A DNA stretch of 64,000 bases. It comes from Felis catus (taxonomy: Eukaryota). Positions 11,875 to 23,390 of the stretch are shown here, piece after piece. Each line of letters starts with the position of its first letter. Position 1 is the first letter of the stretch. Below the pieces are notes generated by a model. It made no database searches, was not told the DNA's origin, and saw nothing but the letters and a program-made list of their open reading frames with translations. Location of the stretch: positions 14,324,001-14,388,000 of the forward strand of contig NC_058383.1 in the NCBI RefSeq assembly GCF_018350175.1, read 5' to 3'. The position numbers and the translations under genes were made by a program.

Positions 11875-12086
11875 ATTTATTTATTTATTTTTACTTTTAT
11901 TTATTTTTGAGAGACAGAGCACAAGTGGGGAAGGAGCAGAGAGAGAATGAGACACAGGGTCCGAAGCAGGCTCCAGGCTCTGAGCTGTCAGCACGGAGCC
12001 CGACGCGGGGCTTGAACCCACAAACCATGAGATCATGACCTAAGCCGAAGTAGGATGCTCAACCAACTAAGCCACCCAGGCGCCCC
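11875..12086 (-). mobile_element. Can-SINE nested in L1
   Basis: Perfect TSD ccattagtctgtcttattt at 11856-11874 and 12086-12104. Confidence 0.93.
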
Positions 12087-12140
12087 CATTAGTCTGTCTT
12101 ATTTGGATAAATGTCTATTGAAATCTTTTGTCAACTTGAA

Positions 12141-12385
12141 TTTTATTTATTTATTTATTTGTTTGTTTATTTATTATTTTTTGAATGTTTATTTATTTTT
12201 GAGTGAGAGAGAGAGTGCGAGTGGGGGAAGGGCAGAGAGAGAAAGGGAGACACAGAATCTGAAGCAGGCTCCAGGCTCCGAGCTGTCAGCACAGAGCCCG
12301 ACGCAGGGCTTGAACTCATGAACTTTGAGATCATGATCTGAGCCGAAGTGGAACGCTTAACCAACTGAGACACCCTCGCGCCCCC
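12141..12385 (-). mobile_element. Can-SINE nested in L1
   Basis: (TTTA)n tail plus reverse-complement body. Confidence 0.9.
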
Positions 12386-13258
12386 TTTTGCCGATTTTTA
12401 AAATGGGTTATTTGTCTTCTTAGTGTTGAATTGTAATTGCTTATGTCTTCTGGTCACACACTCTTATCAAATATATTCTGTATGTAATTTTGCAAATGTA
12501 TTTGCAGATATTTCCTTCCGTTCTGTGGATTGTCTTTTCTCTTTATTGATAGTGTCCTCTGATGCACAAAAGCTTTTCATGGTCATGAAAGTCAAGTTTT
12601 TTATTTTTTTCTTTGGGTGCTTGAGCTTTTGGTGTCATATCTAGGAAACCATTGCCTAGTCCAAGGTCACAAAGATTTACACCTATATTCTCTTCTAAGT
12701 GTCTTGGAGTTTTAGCTCCTACATGTAGCTCCATATCCATTGTGAATTCATGTTTGTGTATGGTTTGAGGTAGGGGTCCAAATTATTATTATTATTTTTT
12801 TGTTCCATGAGGATATTCAGTTGTCCCAGTACCATTTGTTGAAGGAACTGTTCTTTTTCCCATTGAATGGTCATGGCATCCATGCCAAAAATAAATTGCC
12901 TTGTAAGTGTAAGGGTTTATTTTTGGACTTTAAATCCTATGTCATTGATCTATGTGTCTATCCCTGTGTGAGTACCACCTTGTCTTTATAACTCTTCCTT
13001 TATAGCAAGTTTTAAGAATCAGGAAGTGAGTCTTCCAGACTTATTCTTCTTTTTCAGGATTGTTTTGTCCATTCTGGGTCCCACGTGTTGACGTGTGAAT
13101 TCTGGGTCCCACATGGGTCATATGACACGTTTGTCCATTGCTTCAAAAAGGCAGTTGGAATTTTGTCAGGGATTTTGCATTGGATCTATAGGTCAATTTG
13201 AAAAGTATTGTCATCTTAGCAATATTAATACTTCCAATCCATGACATGGAATGTCTTT

Positions 13259-13344
13259 GGTACCTGGCTGGCTAAGTCAGCAGAGTGTGCGAACTCTTGA
13301 TCTTGGGGTTGTGATTTGGAGCCCCATGTTGGGTGTAGAGATTA
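13259..13344 (+). mobile_element. Short tRNA-Lys-like Can-SINE (old short form) without A tail
   Basis: ggtacctggctggctaagtcagcagag...actcttgatcttggggttgtg...gagccccatgttgggtgtagagatta; flanked by degenerate 20-bp direct repeats. Confidence 0.7.
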
Positions 13345-13434
13345 CCATGACGTGGAGGGCCTTTCTATTTATTTAGATCTTCTTTAATTTCTTTAAACAA
13401 TGTTTTATAATTTTCAATATACAAGTCTTCTTGT

Positions 13435-13649
13435 TTTTTTAAAAAAAAATGTTTATTTATTTATTTTGAGAGAGAGCGAGAGAGCACACACATATGCATG
13501 AGGAGAGGGGGCAGAGTGAGAAGGAGAGAGAATCCCAATCCTGCTGAGCGTGGATCCTGATGCAGGGCTCGATCCCACAACTCTGAGATCATGACCAGAG
13601 CCACAATCAAGAGTCGGATGCTTAACTGACTGAGCCACCGAGGCTCCCC
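13435..13649 (-). mobile_element. Can-SINE nested in L1
   Basis: Flanking repeat tacaagtctt at 13420 and 13650. Confidence 0.9.
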
Positions 13650-13848
13650 TACAAGTCTTGCTTTCTTTGTCTAAATTTATTCCTAGATATTTTATTATTT
13701 TTGATGTTGAATTGTCAGTAGGATTATAAGTAGAATTGCTTTCTTTATTTCATTTTTGGACTACTCACTGCTCGCGTATAGACATGCAGCTGAGTTTTGT
13801 ATATTGATCTTGTATTCTTCTACGTTGCTAAACTTGTTTCTTAGCTCT

Positions 13849-13851
<3 letters not shown>

Positions 13852-13881
<30 letters not shown>
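13852..13881 (+). repeat. (TG)15 microsatellite
   Basis: Read directly from the sequence. Confidence 0.95.
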
Positions 13882-13884
<3 letters not shown>

Positions 13885-14699
13885 TCTTCAGAGCTTTCTG
13901 CCTGTAATGTCACGTCACCTTCAAGTAGTGACAGTTTTACTTCTTACTTTCCAATCTGGATGCCTTTTATTTATTTATTTTTCGCTTAGTTTTCCTGGCT
14001 CCTTTATCCTTTTGACGAAATGCACTTTTTACGAAATGCCTGATATCCTATCATGTCAAGAACGAGAGTACTGACCCGTGTACTATCTTAATTGTTTACA
14101 AAGGCTTCTTCTTCTGGAGAAGACAGCTAAGTCACGAGCGAGCTCAGGGAAACACAGGACCCACCCTTGTGGGGACATCTGGCAGGCTGTTGTGTGCACC
14201 AGTGCTGGGGATAAGGCAAAAATCGGGACCGAAGGAATGGCTGCTCTGTGTTTTCTGCCGGCGACCTCATCAAGGCGCGTTGCCTACTCTTAGAAGGAGG
14301 TCGAAGCAGACCACGTCTGGGGGATGAAATGAATGTCCTCCGCTGATCCAGGCAGCGGGCATGGCGAGAGAGAGCACAGACTGTGTCAGCCTGTGGTCAG
14401 AATATCCCATTATAGGGAAGAATGGGGACAATCTATCCTCATTCAGACATCATTTGACTCATCAGAGCAGCAAAGATGACAAAGATTAGTAAGAGTCCGT
14501 GTCGGTGAGGATACAGAGAAAAAAGACTCTCATATCCTTCTCATGGGACAGAACCGCATATCTGAACAATTTATCAATTCATATTGAAAGTTCTGGGCTC
14601 ATTCAAGCAATCTATCCTCAGTCGAAAATGAGGTGAGTTTGCAGAAGCAAGAGTAATGGCAACTCGCCATGTGTCCGCCTCAAGTCCCGCTGCCCCGCT

Positions 14700-15050
14700 G
14701 TGGACAGTTGGCTGCAGTGGCTATAGGTCATTGTCACCTTGGATCCCTCCTCACCATCCTCCTGGGGACCTCCTTTGCCCCCTCTCCTATGCTAAATTCC
14801 AGGCTTTTCTCTTTTCTTGGTTTACGTGCTTGTTTTGGTGCAACATAACAGCTAGAAGCCTCATTAAGGGACTATGAGGAAGATAAAGTCTTTTGAGATC
14901 ATCCGTGTCTGAAGAAAGCTTTATCCTCATTTTCTGTGTGATCGATGGCCTGGTTGAGACAGATACTCCCTTCTTTCAGATTTTGATGTTTTGGCTTCAT
15001 TATCTTTTTTCAATGTTTTGTAAAGGAACCAAAGGCATTCCGATTTCTGA

Positions 15051-15091
<41 letters not shown>

Positions 15092-15700
15092 CTCCTTTCT
15101 GGAAGCTGGTGGAATCTTCCATTTTGTCCCCAGAGTTTTGAAATCCACGATGATGAGCCTTAGTGTGGGTCAGTTTAGTGGCTTCAATCTGGAATCTAAT
15201 GTCTGTCAGTTTTCAGAAAATTTCTTGGAACATTCCATTGATAATCCCTCCCCATTTTCCTCGTTTCTCTATTTCAGCGTCTCCCACTATTCCATTAGTA
15301 AGCCTCTTGGGTGGAGCCTTTAATTTTCTTATTTTTTCTCTGCCACCTTATCTTTCCTTCTATTTTTGCCCAGCTTTGTTTGCTCTCTCTTGAGTTTTAT
15401 CTTCCTTCCCTTCTAGTCAGTTTTTTTTATCTCTGCCATCATGATTTTACTTCCAAGTGCCCATTTTTATTCTCTGAGAGTTCCTTTTTATAGCATATTG
15501 TTCTTATTTAATAGAAGCAATATGTTTTCCTATCCCCTGGAGGATATTAATAATATTTCGTCTTTTGTTTTGGTTTTCGGTTTTTCTCCCTGCACAGTCT
15601 GGTTCCACACGGTTTTTGCTCTTTGCTGTTTGGTTTCTGCCTCCCCGAGCTGAGGCCCCCCGCCGAGGTCTGGTGAGCCTGCTGTCTGCTCAGGATCGCC
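14700..15700 (-). mobile_element. HAL1 (half-L1)-like fragment
   Basis: tctggaagctggtggaatcttcc...ccccagagttttgaaatccacgatgatgagccttagtgtgggtc resembles antisense HAL1 as recalled; similar to the 53050-54420 segment. Confidence 0.6.
15053..15090 (+). repeat. (GT)19 microsatellite
   Basis: Read directly from the sequence. Confidence 0.95.
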
Positions 15701-16157
15701 ACCAGTTTTGACAGTAGAGGGTCGCAGGGGCTGGAGCACAGGGTAGGGACGGGGATCTAGTGATCAGTTTCCTTTCGAATGGCCTTCCTTCTGGTGCCCC
15801 TCATTTCTGTTTCCCCAGTTTAGTCACCCCCAGTTCAAGAGGTACCCGGTGCGGCTGGCTTCATTATCTCTCGAGGATTCTCCGGTGTATGTTGAATTGG
15901 TTTCTCAGTGTTTCCCATGGTAGCTGGAGGTCGGCTGCTAGACATCTCTCAGCGCACTTTCCACCACTTTCCAGCTTCCCCGGTATTGTGGCTGGTGTCT
16001 CCTCTTGTGTTTTCTCTGACCCTGGGAAAGCATGTGTGGGTTTCTTTCATATTAAAAAAGAAATCAGTGTTTTCGGGGTTTATGCTTCAGGGAAGCATGT
16101 CACATTCGTGAGTTAAATTCATCTTCCCCCCAAAATTCCATATTAATTTTTAATAAT

Positions 16158-16367
16158 TAAAAAAAAATTAACGTTTGTTCATTTTTAAGAGTCAGAGAGA
16201 GACAGAGCGTGAGGGAGGGGGCAGAGAGAGAGGGAGACACAGAATCTGAAGCAGGCTCCAGTCTCCGAGCTGTCAGTACAGACCCCGACGAGAGGCTCGA
16301 ACTCACGGACGGTGAGATCGTGACCTGAGCCGAAGTCAGACGCTTAACCAAGCCACCCAGGCACCCC
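16158..16367 (-). mobile_element. Can-SINE
   Basis: Reverse-complement SINEC_Fc body. Confidence 0.9.
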
Positions 16368-16369
16368 AG

Positions 16370-16900
16370 TTTTTAAGAACTTTTAATATGGATTGATAAA
16401 TTGCTCTCCAGATATGTGGTCTATCCCACGAGAAGGATATCAAAGTGTCTTTTTCTCTGCATTCTCATCGACACTGATTCATTATTTCTTTTTTGTCTTT
16501 ACGGTTCTGATGAGTGAAAAATGACATACTTTTAAATCTACGGGTTTTTTTTAACCCTAGTGATGACGGGAAGTTTTTCAAATGTGGTTAATTGTCTTTA
16601 TTTTGATAGAGATTTGCCAGTTGATGACCCCTCATTTCTTTTTCTCCTGGAGAATTTGTCTTCACTTTACTGAATTGTGAGAACTTTATAGATATTAAAT
16701 AAACTTCTTTCACAGTCATCTGACGGGCGTTTCTCCCCAACCTGTACTTTTGACGTTAATTTGTTTATTGTATTTTTTGACAAATATAAATTATACATTT
16801 CTACATAGTCAGATCCATTAGTCTTTTCTTTTAGTGACGCCCCGAGAAAGTTACTCATCATCCTCAGGGGGCGCAAATATTCATGCATATTTTCTTACAG
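16370..16900 (-). mobile_element. Ancient L1 (L1ME-like) ORF2 3' fragment
   Basis: aaattgctctccaga...ctgatgagtgaaaaatgacat antisense L1 motifs. Confidence 0.5.
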
Positions 16901-17220
16901 GTAAATCGTTTTGTTTTTTTTCAAAATCAATTCCCAGTGGATTAAACATTTTCATGTTCAGGTATGAGAGTTTCAGCCTGGAGACCCTGGTCTCAACATG
17001 TGCTTATCTCAATTTATTTAATACTCCATCCTTTAACCACCGATTTGAGATTTCCTATTTTCATATGCTACCATATTTCAGATGTGGAAACATGGCGGCT
17101 GAATCACATGAGGACTGATTGGTTTTGGGGGAGGGGGAAGAGGAGGGAGGAGTTATGGAGGGGTGTTGCCTCCCTGCACAGGATGGGTATTGGTGCTACT
17201 CATTAAGAGGGGGGAATGTA

Positions 17221-17420
17221 GGGGCACCTGGGTGGCTCAGTCAGTTAAGCGTCTGACTTCAGCTCAGGTCACGATCTCGCGGTCTGTGAGTTCAAGCCCC
17301 GCGTGGGGCTCTGTGCTGACAGCTCAGAGCCTGGAGCCTGCTTCCGATTCTGTGCCTCCTTCTCTCTCTGCCCCTCCCCAGCTCATGCTCTGTCTCTCTC
17401 AAAAATAAATGAACATTGAA
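17221..17420 (+). mobile_element. Can-SINE (SINEC_Fc-like)
   Basis: Full body ggggcacctgggtggctcagtcag...ctctcaaaaataaat. Confidence 0.92.
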
Positions 17421-17563
17421 AGGATATGGCAGAAGTGGTGGGTATGGGAGGGGGACTGAGTTCACCTTTTTGGATATGTCAGGTGCAAATTCCTGTGGAA
17501 GTTCATTGTGCCTTCCAAACTCAGATGAGGGGTAACTTCAACCATCAAAATAGTATTAATGGT

Positions 17564-17748
17564 GGGGCACCTGGGTGGCTCAGGGGGTTAAGTGTCTGGC
17601 TCTTGACTTTGGTTTAGGGCATGATCCCAGGGTCATGGGATCGAGCCCCACCTTGGGCTCTGCCCTGGGCGTGGAACCTGCTTGAGAATCTCTCTCCCTC
17701 TGCCCTTCTCCCCGCCCCCTTCTCCTTCCCTCTCTCCAAAAGTGGCTT
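17564..17748 (+). mobile_element. Can-SINE (older subfamily)
   Basis: Diverged body; flanking aaaatagta repeats. Confidence 0.8.
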
Positions 17749-18129
17749 AAAATAGTACTGGAATAAAATAATATTAAAAGAACATTAGAGTCTTCATTTC
17801 TACTGTCATAATCCTTAATGCATTTTCAAATAGGTCTTCTCCATAGTTTTCAGCTACTTTTTAAAAACTTCCCTCATTACCTTCTTTGTTCTTAAGCAAT
17901 AGTGTGGAGGAAAAAGCAGAATCGAATCTGGTGTGGTGTCGGCCAAGGCACTTACCTTTTCCGGTGTTGAGTACTTTGGGGAGAGCAGTGGCTTTGAGGC
18001 AGGGTTTAAACTGTCGGCTTTAGAGTTAATCCTTGCAAAAGCCCGCAGTGCAAGTCCCGGGAGGTATGGCAAAGGATGTTCCCACTGAGGGTGCTCGCGG
18101 TGCTATTGGATTTGCCAGCTCCAGATCAC

Positions 18130-18395
18130 TCTTGGACACTCTTCTTCTGGGTTACCTCCCCTGGGAAGCCTTCCCGGATTTCCCAGCTGCGGCAGGGCTC
18201 GGGGCCCTTCGCCTCCGCTGCCCGGGCATCACTGTGGGCTTTGCCCCCCCCACTTGGCCTGCCGCCTTGCTTTTGCGTATTTGCCCAGCTCTGGACGGTC
18301 AGACCCTTGAGGGCAAGAACCACAGCTCCTTCTGCGCTGCCTTCCCAGGGCCCCCGCACGCTGCTGAGTTACAGCGATTGCTGAATGTGTTCAGT
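18130..18395 (+). mobile_element. L2 3' end
   Basis: cctcccctgggaagccttcccgg...cccttgagggcaagaacc L2 tail motifs. Confidence 0.55.
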
Positions 18396-19098
18396 TACTG
18401 CGCGAGCGCGAAGCTTTCTTTTTTGTACTTCCTCTGACGTCATCCTGGGAGGCTCTGCATTCGGCGTTGCTGTGCGTGTTTGGGCTTCGATGCTCTGCTT
18501 CTCGTGGTTTAGGTCTCGGAAAGCACTCATCTCCGGGAATCATCTCTTGGTGATCAGGACGGTTGTCCGCCTGGTCCCTCCTCCTTCCCTGGGGGACCAG
18601 CCCACCCGGTCAGTCTCTTCCCTTGCGTGGCGCATTCAGAGGGTGAAAGCAGGGTGGTTCGAGTTAGAGAACTTTTCTGCGTGGAAGGTTACACCCTCCG
18701 GACTTCCAGAAGGGATTTTGGAGACGGCGCGACGGCATTGTTTGCTTTTCTTCCTGGTTTATAATTGCGGGGATAGGAGGAGTCCTGTGTTTCTGGAAGA
18801 TAACGGTTTCCCCTGTGTGGTGGAGGCTCTGAGTCAAGCAGCCAGGAGACAACTTGTTATCACGCAACTCCATGCCCCGTGCCGGGCCAGGCTTCCTTAT
18901 TGGAACGTCACCTGCCTTTCCCCTTGCCTGTAAAGAGCCTTCCTAATCAGAAACAAGGCTTGGTTTTGTCCCCTACCAGATCACCGCAGTGTGACGGCGT
19001 TTGCTCTGGGGGTCGGTAATCACAACTAGGTTGTGTATTTACATTTCCCCTCATGTATTTTCAGGCCACGAGGGGGAAAGATTAAGAAAGAGAGTGTG

Positions 19099-19292
19099 GG
19101 GGCACCTGGGTGGTTCATTGGGTTGAGCATCCGACTTCGGCTCAGGTCATGATCTCGCAGTTCGTGAGTTCGAGCCCCGCGTCGGGCTCCGTGCTGACAG
19201 CTCAGCGCCTGGAGCCTGCTTCGGATTCTGTGTCTCCCTCGCTCTCTGCCCCTTCCCCCCCCCCCCGGAAAATAAACATTAAAAAATTTAAA
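19099..19292 (+). mobile_element. Can-SINE (SINEC_Fc-like)
   Basis: TSD aaagagagtgtg at 19087-19098 and 19293-19304. Confidence 0.93.
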
Positions 19293-19371
19293 AAAGAGAG
19301 TGTGTATGTCTTTACACTGGAGATCGTGAAAGAACCCCAGTGAAAGCTTCATAGTCTAACTGGCTTTAAAA

Positions 19372-19585
19372 AAATTTTTTTTAATGTTTATTTATTTTTG
19401 AGACTGAGAGACACAGAGCATGAATAGGGGAGGGTCAGAGAGAGAGGGAGACACAGAATCTGAAACAGGTTCTGGGCTCCGAGCTGTCAGCACAGAGCCC
19501 GATGCGGGGCTCGAACCCATGGACCACGAGATCATGACCTGGGCTGAAGTCAGAAGCTCAACCGACTGAGCCACCCAGGCGCCCC
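19372..19585 (-). mobile_element. Can-SINE (SINEC_Fc-like)
   Basis: TSD ctaactgg(c/a)tttaaaa at 19356-19371 and 19586-19601. Confidence 0.93.
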
Positions 19586-19639
19586 CTAACTGGATTTAAA
19601 ATTCACTCCTAAGACAAAAACCCCTCGCTATTCTGAAAC

Positions 19640-20320
19640 AACTATAAATTCGCCAGAGGTTGCAACAATGTATGAGAAGTCTTATGTGTCTCCACTCAGT
19701 TTCTCCCAATGGTTACCATCTTGCAGAACTCTAGTGCAGGCTTATAACAAGTGCATTGACTTGGGTACCATCCACGGGGCTTAGTCTGATTTCACCAGTT
19801 GAACACGCGTGTGTGTCTGTGTTGGTGCGTGTGTGTGGAGACCGTTCTGTGCAGTTTTATCATAGGTGTGGATTTTTATAACCAAACACAATTCAGGTAC
19901 AGAACTGTCCTGGCACCTCAACGCTCCCCGACGCTCTCCTTCGATACCCCTGACAACCACTGATCTGTTCTGCAGCCTATAGTTTTGCTGTTGCAAGACT
20001 GTTCCCTCGGTTGAGCCGTACGGTATCGAATCTTCGTGATTGGCTTTGTACACGCCGCATGAGTCCCCCGAGATCTGCCCACGTTGCGGGGTGCCGTGAG
20101 TTCATTCCTTTTGACTTCTGCACAGAGTTCCGTGATACGGCTTCCCCACAGTCTGTTTGACCCTGGCCCGTCGGAGGACACTTGGGTTGTCTCAGTTTGG
20201 GGGTTTTCGCAAATAAAGTTGCTATCAGTGTTTCCGTACAGATGTTTGTACGAAAAGCAATATTTGTCTCTGTGCCCAAGAACACAACTGCTGAGTCTTA
20301 TGATGCCTGCAGGTTCAAAC
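19640..20320 (-). mobile_element. L1 (L1MC/MD-like) 3' end
   Basis: ORF 19977..20285(-) ICTETLIATLFAKTPKLRQPKCPPTG resembles the L1 ORF2 C-terminus; 3'UTR motifs at 19700-19900. Confidence 0.75.
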
Positions 20321-23204
20321 GAGCTCTTTTGGTCATTTACTCCATTTGGGTGACATCCCCTCAGTGCAAAATCCGATTAACTCTTGATCTTCCAACCCAG
20401 CCTCCCGTGGAGGAGAAGTTTCTGTTTTAACCTTGGTGTCCATGACTATAGTGCCAAAGGGGATAGTTGCACTCTACAAGAACCAGAAGTTGTCTAGAAT
20501 ATGTGTTGAAATGTTTGCCTTGTGGTCAGACTTTGGGTTCACACTGATAGGAACCCAGTAAGAATGCTGGAGGTTCCGACGCACCCCGGTGATAAGAGTG
20601 AGGTTGGGCTAGGGGCCAGTCAGCCCCAGGCATTTAAAAGTGTTTGCGAATGACTGGCCATCTCCAGAGAGATTTGGGACATATGGAAATAGGAAGAAGA
20701 TACAGTGGGGAGACGTTCTCAAATAGAGGCAGGGAAGCTTGGGGCACACAGAGGGAAGGGTGTAGATGGGATTTGACGTGTAAGAACTGATGGGTGGACT
20801 GGAGTTTCAGAGAGAGGGCATCTCAGATATTGAGAGCCTCACCGAGCCACAGGATTAAGGAAGGAGAGTGTTGATGTTCTCCAGCAATGCTATGCAGCCT
20901 CAGAGCAAGAGGGATGCCAAGGGCTGCTTGAATAGCCCAGCCCGGGTTGGGGATCCGCCAGGATAGAGGTGGGACGGGTAGAGATGTGGAGCAAGGAAGC
21001 CCAGGGATGGTTGCAGTAGTTGTCAGGACGACCAAATAAAGCCACTTTCACCTTTGTTCCTCCAAGAGCAGTGTTCCAGCTTTGACCATATTTTATTGGA
21101 AAAATGAGCTGGGTACTTGAGTTGGCATTGACACGAGTGTCTGTAGATTACTTTAGCCCCAAGCTCTGGTCTGCTTGCTCTGGTCTCAGGCTATGCTACG
21201 GGGTCTGGAAAGGCCCGTGACCAAGACCAGCAGAGAGCCTAGAGCAAACCCTTTACTTACTCTCGCTCTTACGTCCTTATGGCAAGATGGCTGCCTTCAG
21301 AGTCGTGAGGGTAGGTCCTGACTGGCCACCGATTTCCTGCTCTTCTCACGCGCGAGAGAGGACAACCAGCTGCCAGTAGTTCACCCCCGCGGGATGTACA
21401 AGTGCAGAGTGGGTGTCATTCGGCAGCTCAAGATGAGTGCTTCTGGCCGGGCGTGGCCCTGCCTCCCCAGGTGCCCCTGGCTCGGTGTAAATGCAACACA
21501 AATACGTCCGGCCCCACAGCACTCCCTCTTCGCGAGACCTTGCCATTTTCATTCTTTTTCCACATCAAAACATCCCTGCCCTGTGTCGCCAGCATGCTCC
21601 TGTGCAGTAGTCCAGCTCATATCTGTTCTGCCCGGTCAGCGCCTGTAGTCTACATTTGGATGGTCACCTGGGTTCGCAGAGACACACGAGGTTCTGCAGG
21701 CCCCCGGGACCCTAACAAAAGCTATTTACAGAAACACTGTCATGCTACGTGACGCTTCAACACGCGCCGTTGTTTTGTGAGCACGCACGAGCGTCTTCCT
21801 TGCGCGTAGGATCCGCGCTGCCGTTGACCTTGGAGCATTCAGGGCTCTGAATGCAGAGTCCCCAAATGCTAGGGAAGAGGGGGCTGACCAGATGCCTTGC
21901 TCTAAGTTATTGCATTCCTGGGCTTGCCAATAGCATTTAAAGAAAACTCAAAGTGACCAAGCGCCAAGATGTGAGCCCGTTGTCTCCAAGGCTTCGTGTT
22001 TCTTGTGTTCTGTTTTGCTCTCCCCGCCCCCCTCTCCGCCCCACCCCTGCCCTTAATGACGGTGACTTTTGCTATTTCAAGGAAAAATTTTTGCCGGCTT
22101 CAGAGCATTCAGAATCAATATCACAGTAAATAAGAAACATAATGAAAGAAAAACACACTCCAGCCTGTAGACAAATTTTATCGCTTAAATTCACACGTTA
22201 TTATTAGAATCAGCTGCAAATACCAGACTTTCGACTGCTTTTTGATGGGGCAAGGTAGGAGAATGCTCTTTTAATTTGGGGCAGCAACTTGGAGGCACCA
22301 TCTATGGGCATTATGATGTTTCCCATTTGGGCTACTTGTCTTTTTTTTATTTTTTTTTTAAGGTGAAATTTAAATGGAAGAAGCAGGGGAGAGGAATTTC
22401 TTAACAAAGGAATTGAAATCAGGGATGGCTTTCCTTTTCAAAGTGCCTCTCATGAATGCACAACTCTGTGTGATATATTTAGTTTAACACTTTGGTATTT
22501 TGTGCCTCACATCCCTTTTCTTGCTTCTTTTCGTCGTTTGCTTTCTTTGGTCCTTGCTTTGATCTCGCTATGGAATAGCCTTTAAAACGCTTTCACACAC
22601 AGCAAAAACATCTCTTTTTAATCTCCTCCATTCTTGCTGAAGTTTTCTGCTCCCGCCTTTTTTTTTTTTTTTTATTCTTCCGTCCCATAGTCAGAAAATG
22701 CATTATTTAAGTCACAAAGCTGAGAGCTGCTCAGAGAGTAAAATATACATCATAGCTGCCTTCTGTGTTATTTCAGCATGCATTTTCACATGCTCGCTTT
22801 CTCTCCATGGCTGTTCGTAAAGGCCAGGATTTCAGAGACAGTGGAGAAGGGGCCGTGAGTCACTGCTGTCCCTTCAGGGTCTGTCTGGAGGAGCTCAGGG
22901 TTCAGCAGGTTCTAGATGCCTCCCAGCCCTTTTGAGCCTCTCCATCAGCCATGGGCTCATTCTCTGGAGAGGGCCAGCCGGCATCCATGGACAGGTGCCT
23001 CGAAAGGTAAATGCATGTACCAAGCCCAGAGGGAGTGAATGGATGCTTCAGAGTTACAGAGAGGGCCAGTTCCAGGACGAACCTGGAGCCTCAACGGCCT
23101 TGCGTGAGGTGCAGTTCTATGTGAGCAGACGAACAACGTCGGGTTTCACAGCCTCGCATCCACAGGAATCGGAGGCAGGATGACAGAGAGCACGGCCATG
23201 TCAC

Positions 23205-23390
23205 TTACACTTACAGTCACTGTGTGACTTTCGGTAAGGACTTTACCCTCTCTGTGCCTCCTTTTCCCCACTCATAAAATGGGGATAGTAACAGAGTCAT
23301 CATGCGGGTAAAAAGAGTTGATCCAGCCCAAGTGGCCACAACAGTACGTGCAACTTCGTTCGTGCCAAGAAGTGTTAAATGTTAAAGCAA
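23205..23390 (+). mobile_element. MIR SINE
   Basis: ctgtgtgactttcggtaaggactttaccctctctgtgcctc...taaaatggggatagtaa. Confidence 0.7.

Larger units (their letters stand above)
11060..13990 (-). mobile_element. L1 (L1MB-like) 3'UTR plus ORF2 3' part, interrupted by SINEs and (TG)n
   Basis: Antisense L1 3' end at 11060; ORF 12543..12740(-) reads LEENIGVNLCDLGLGNGFLDMTPKAQ, an L1 ORF2 C-terminal peptide. Confidence 0.88.

Noticed and set aside
13259..13344. Functional tRNA-Lys gene
   Set aside because: Stems and boxes are degenerate; SINE-type relic.
18435..18442. CRE palindrome TGACGTCA (also 36080-36087)
   Set aside because: Two 8-mers in 64 kb is near chance; the second lies in a probable MLT relic.
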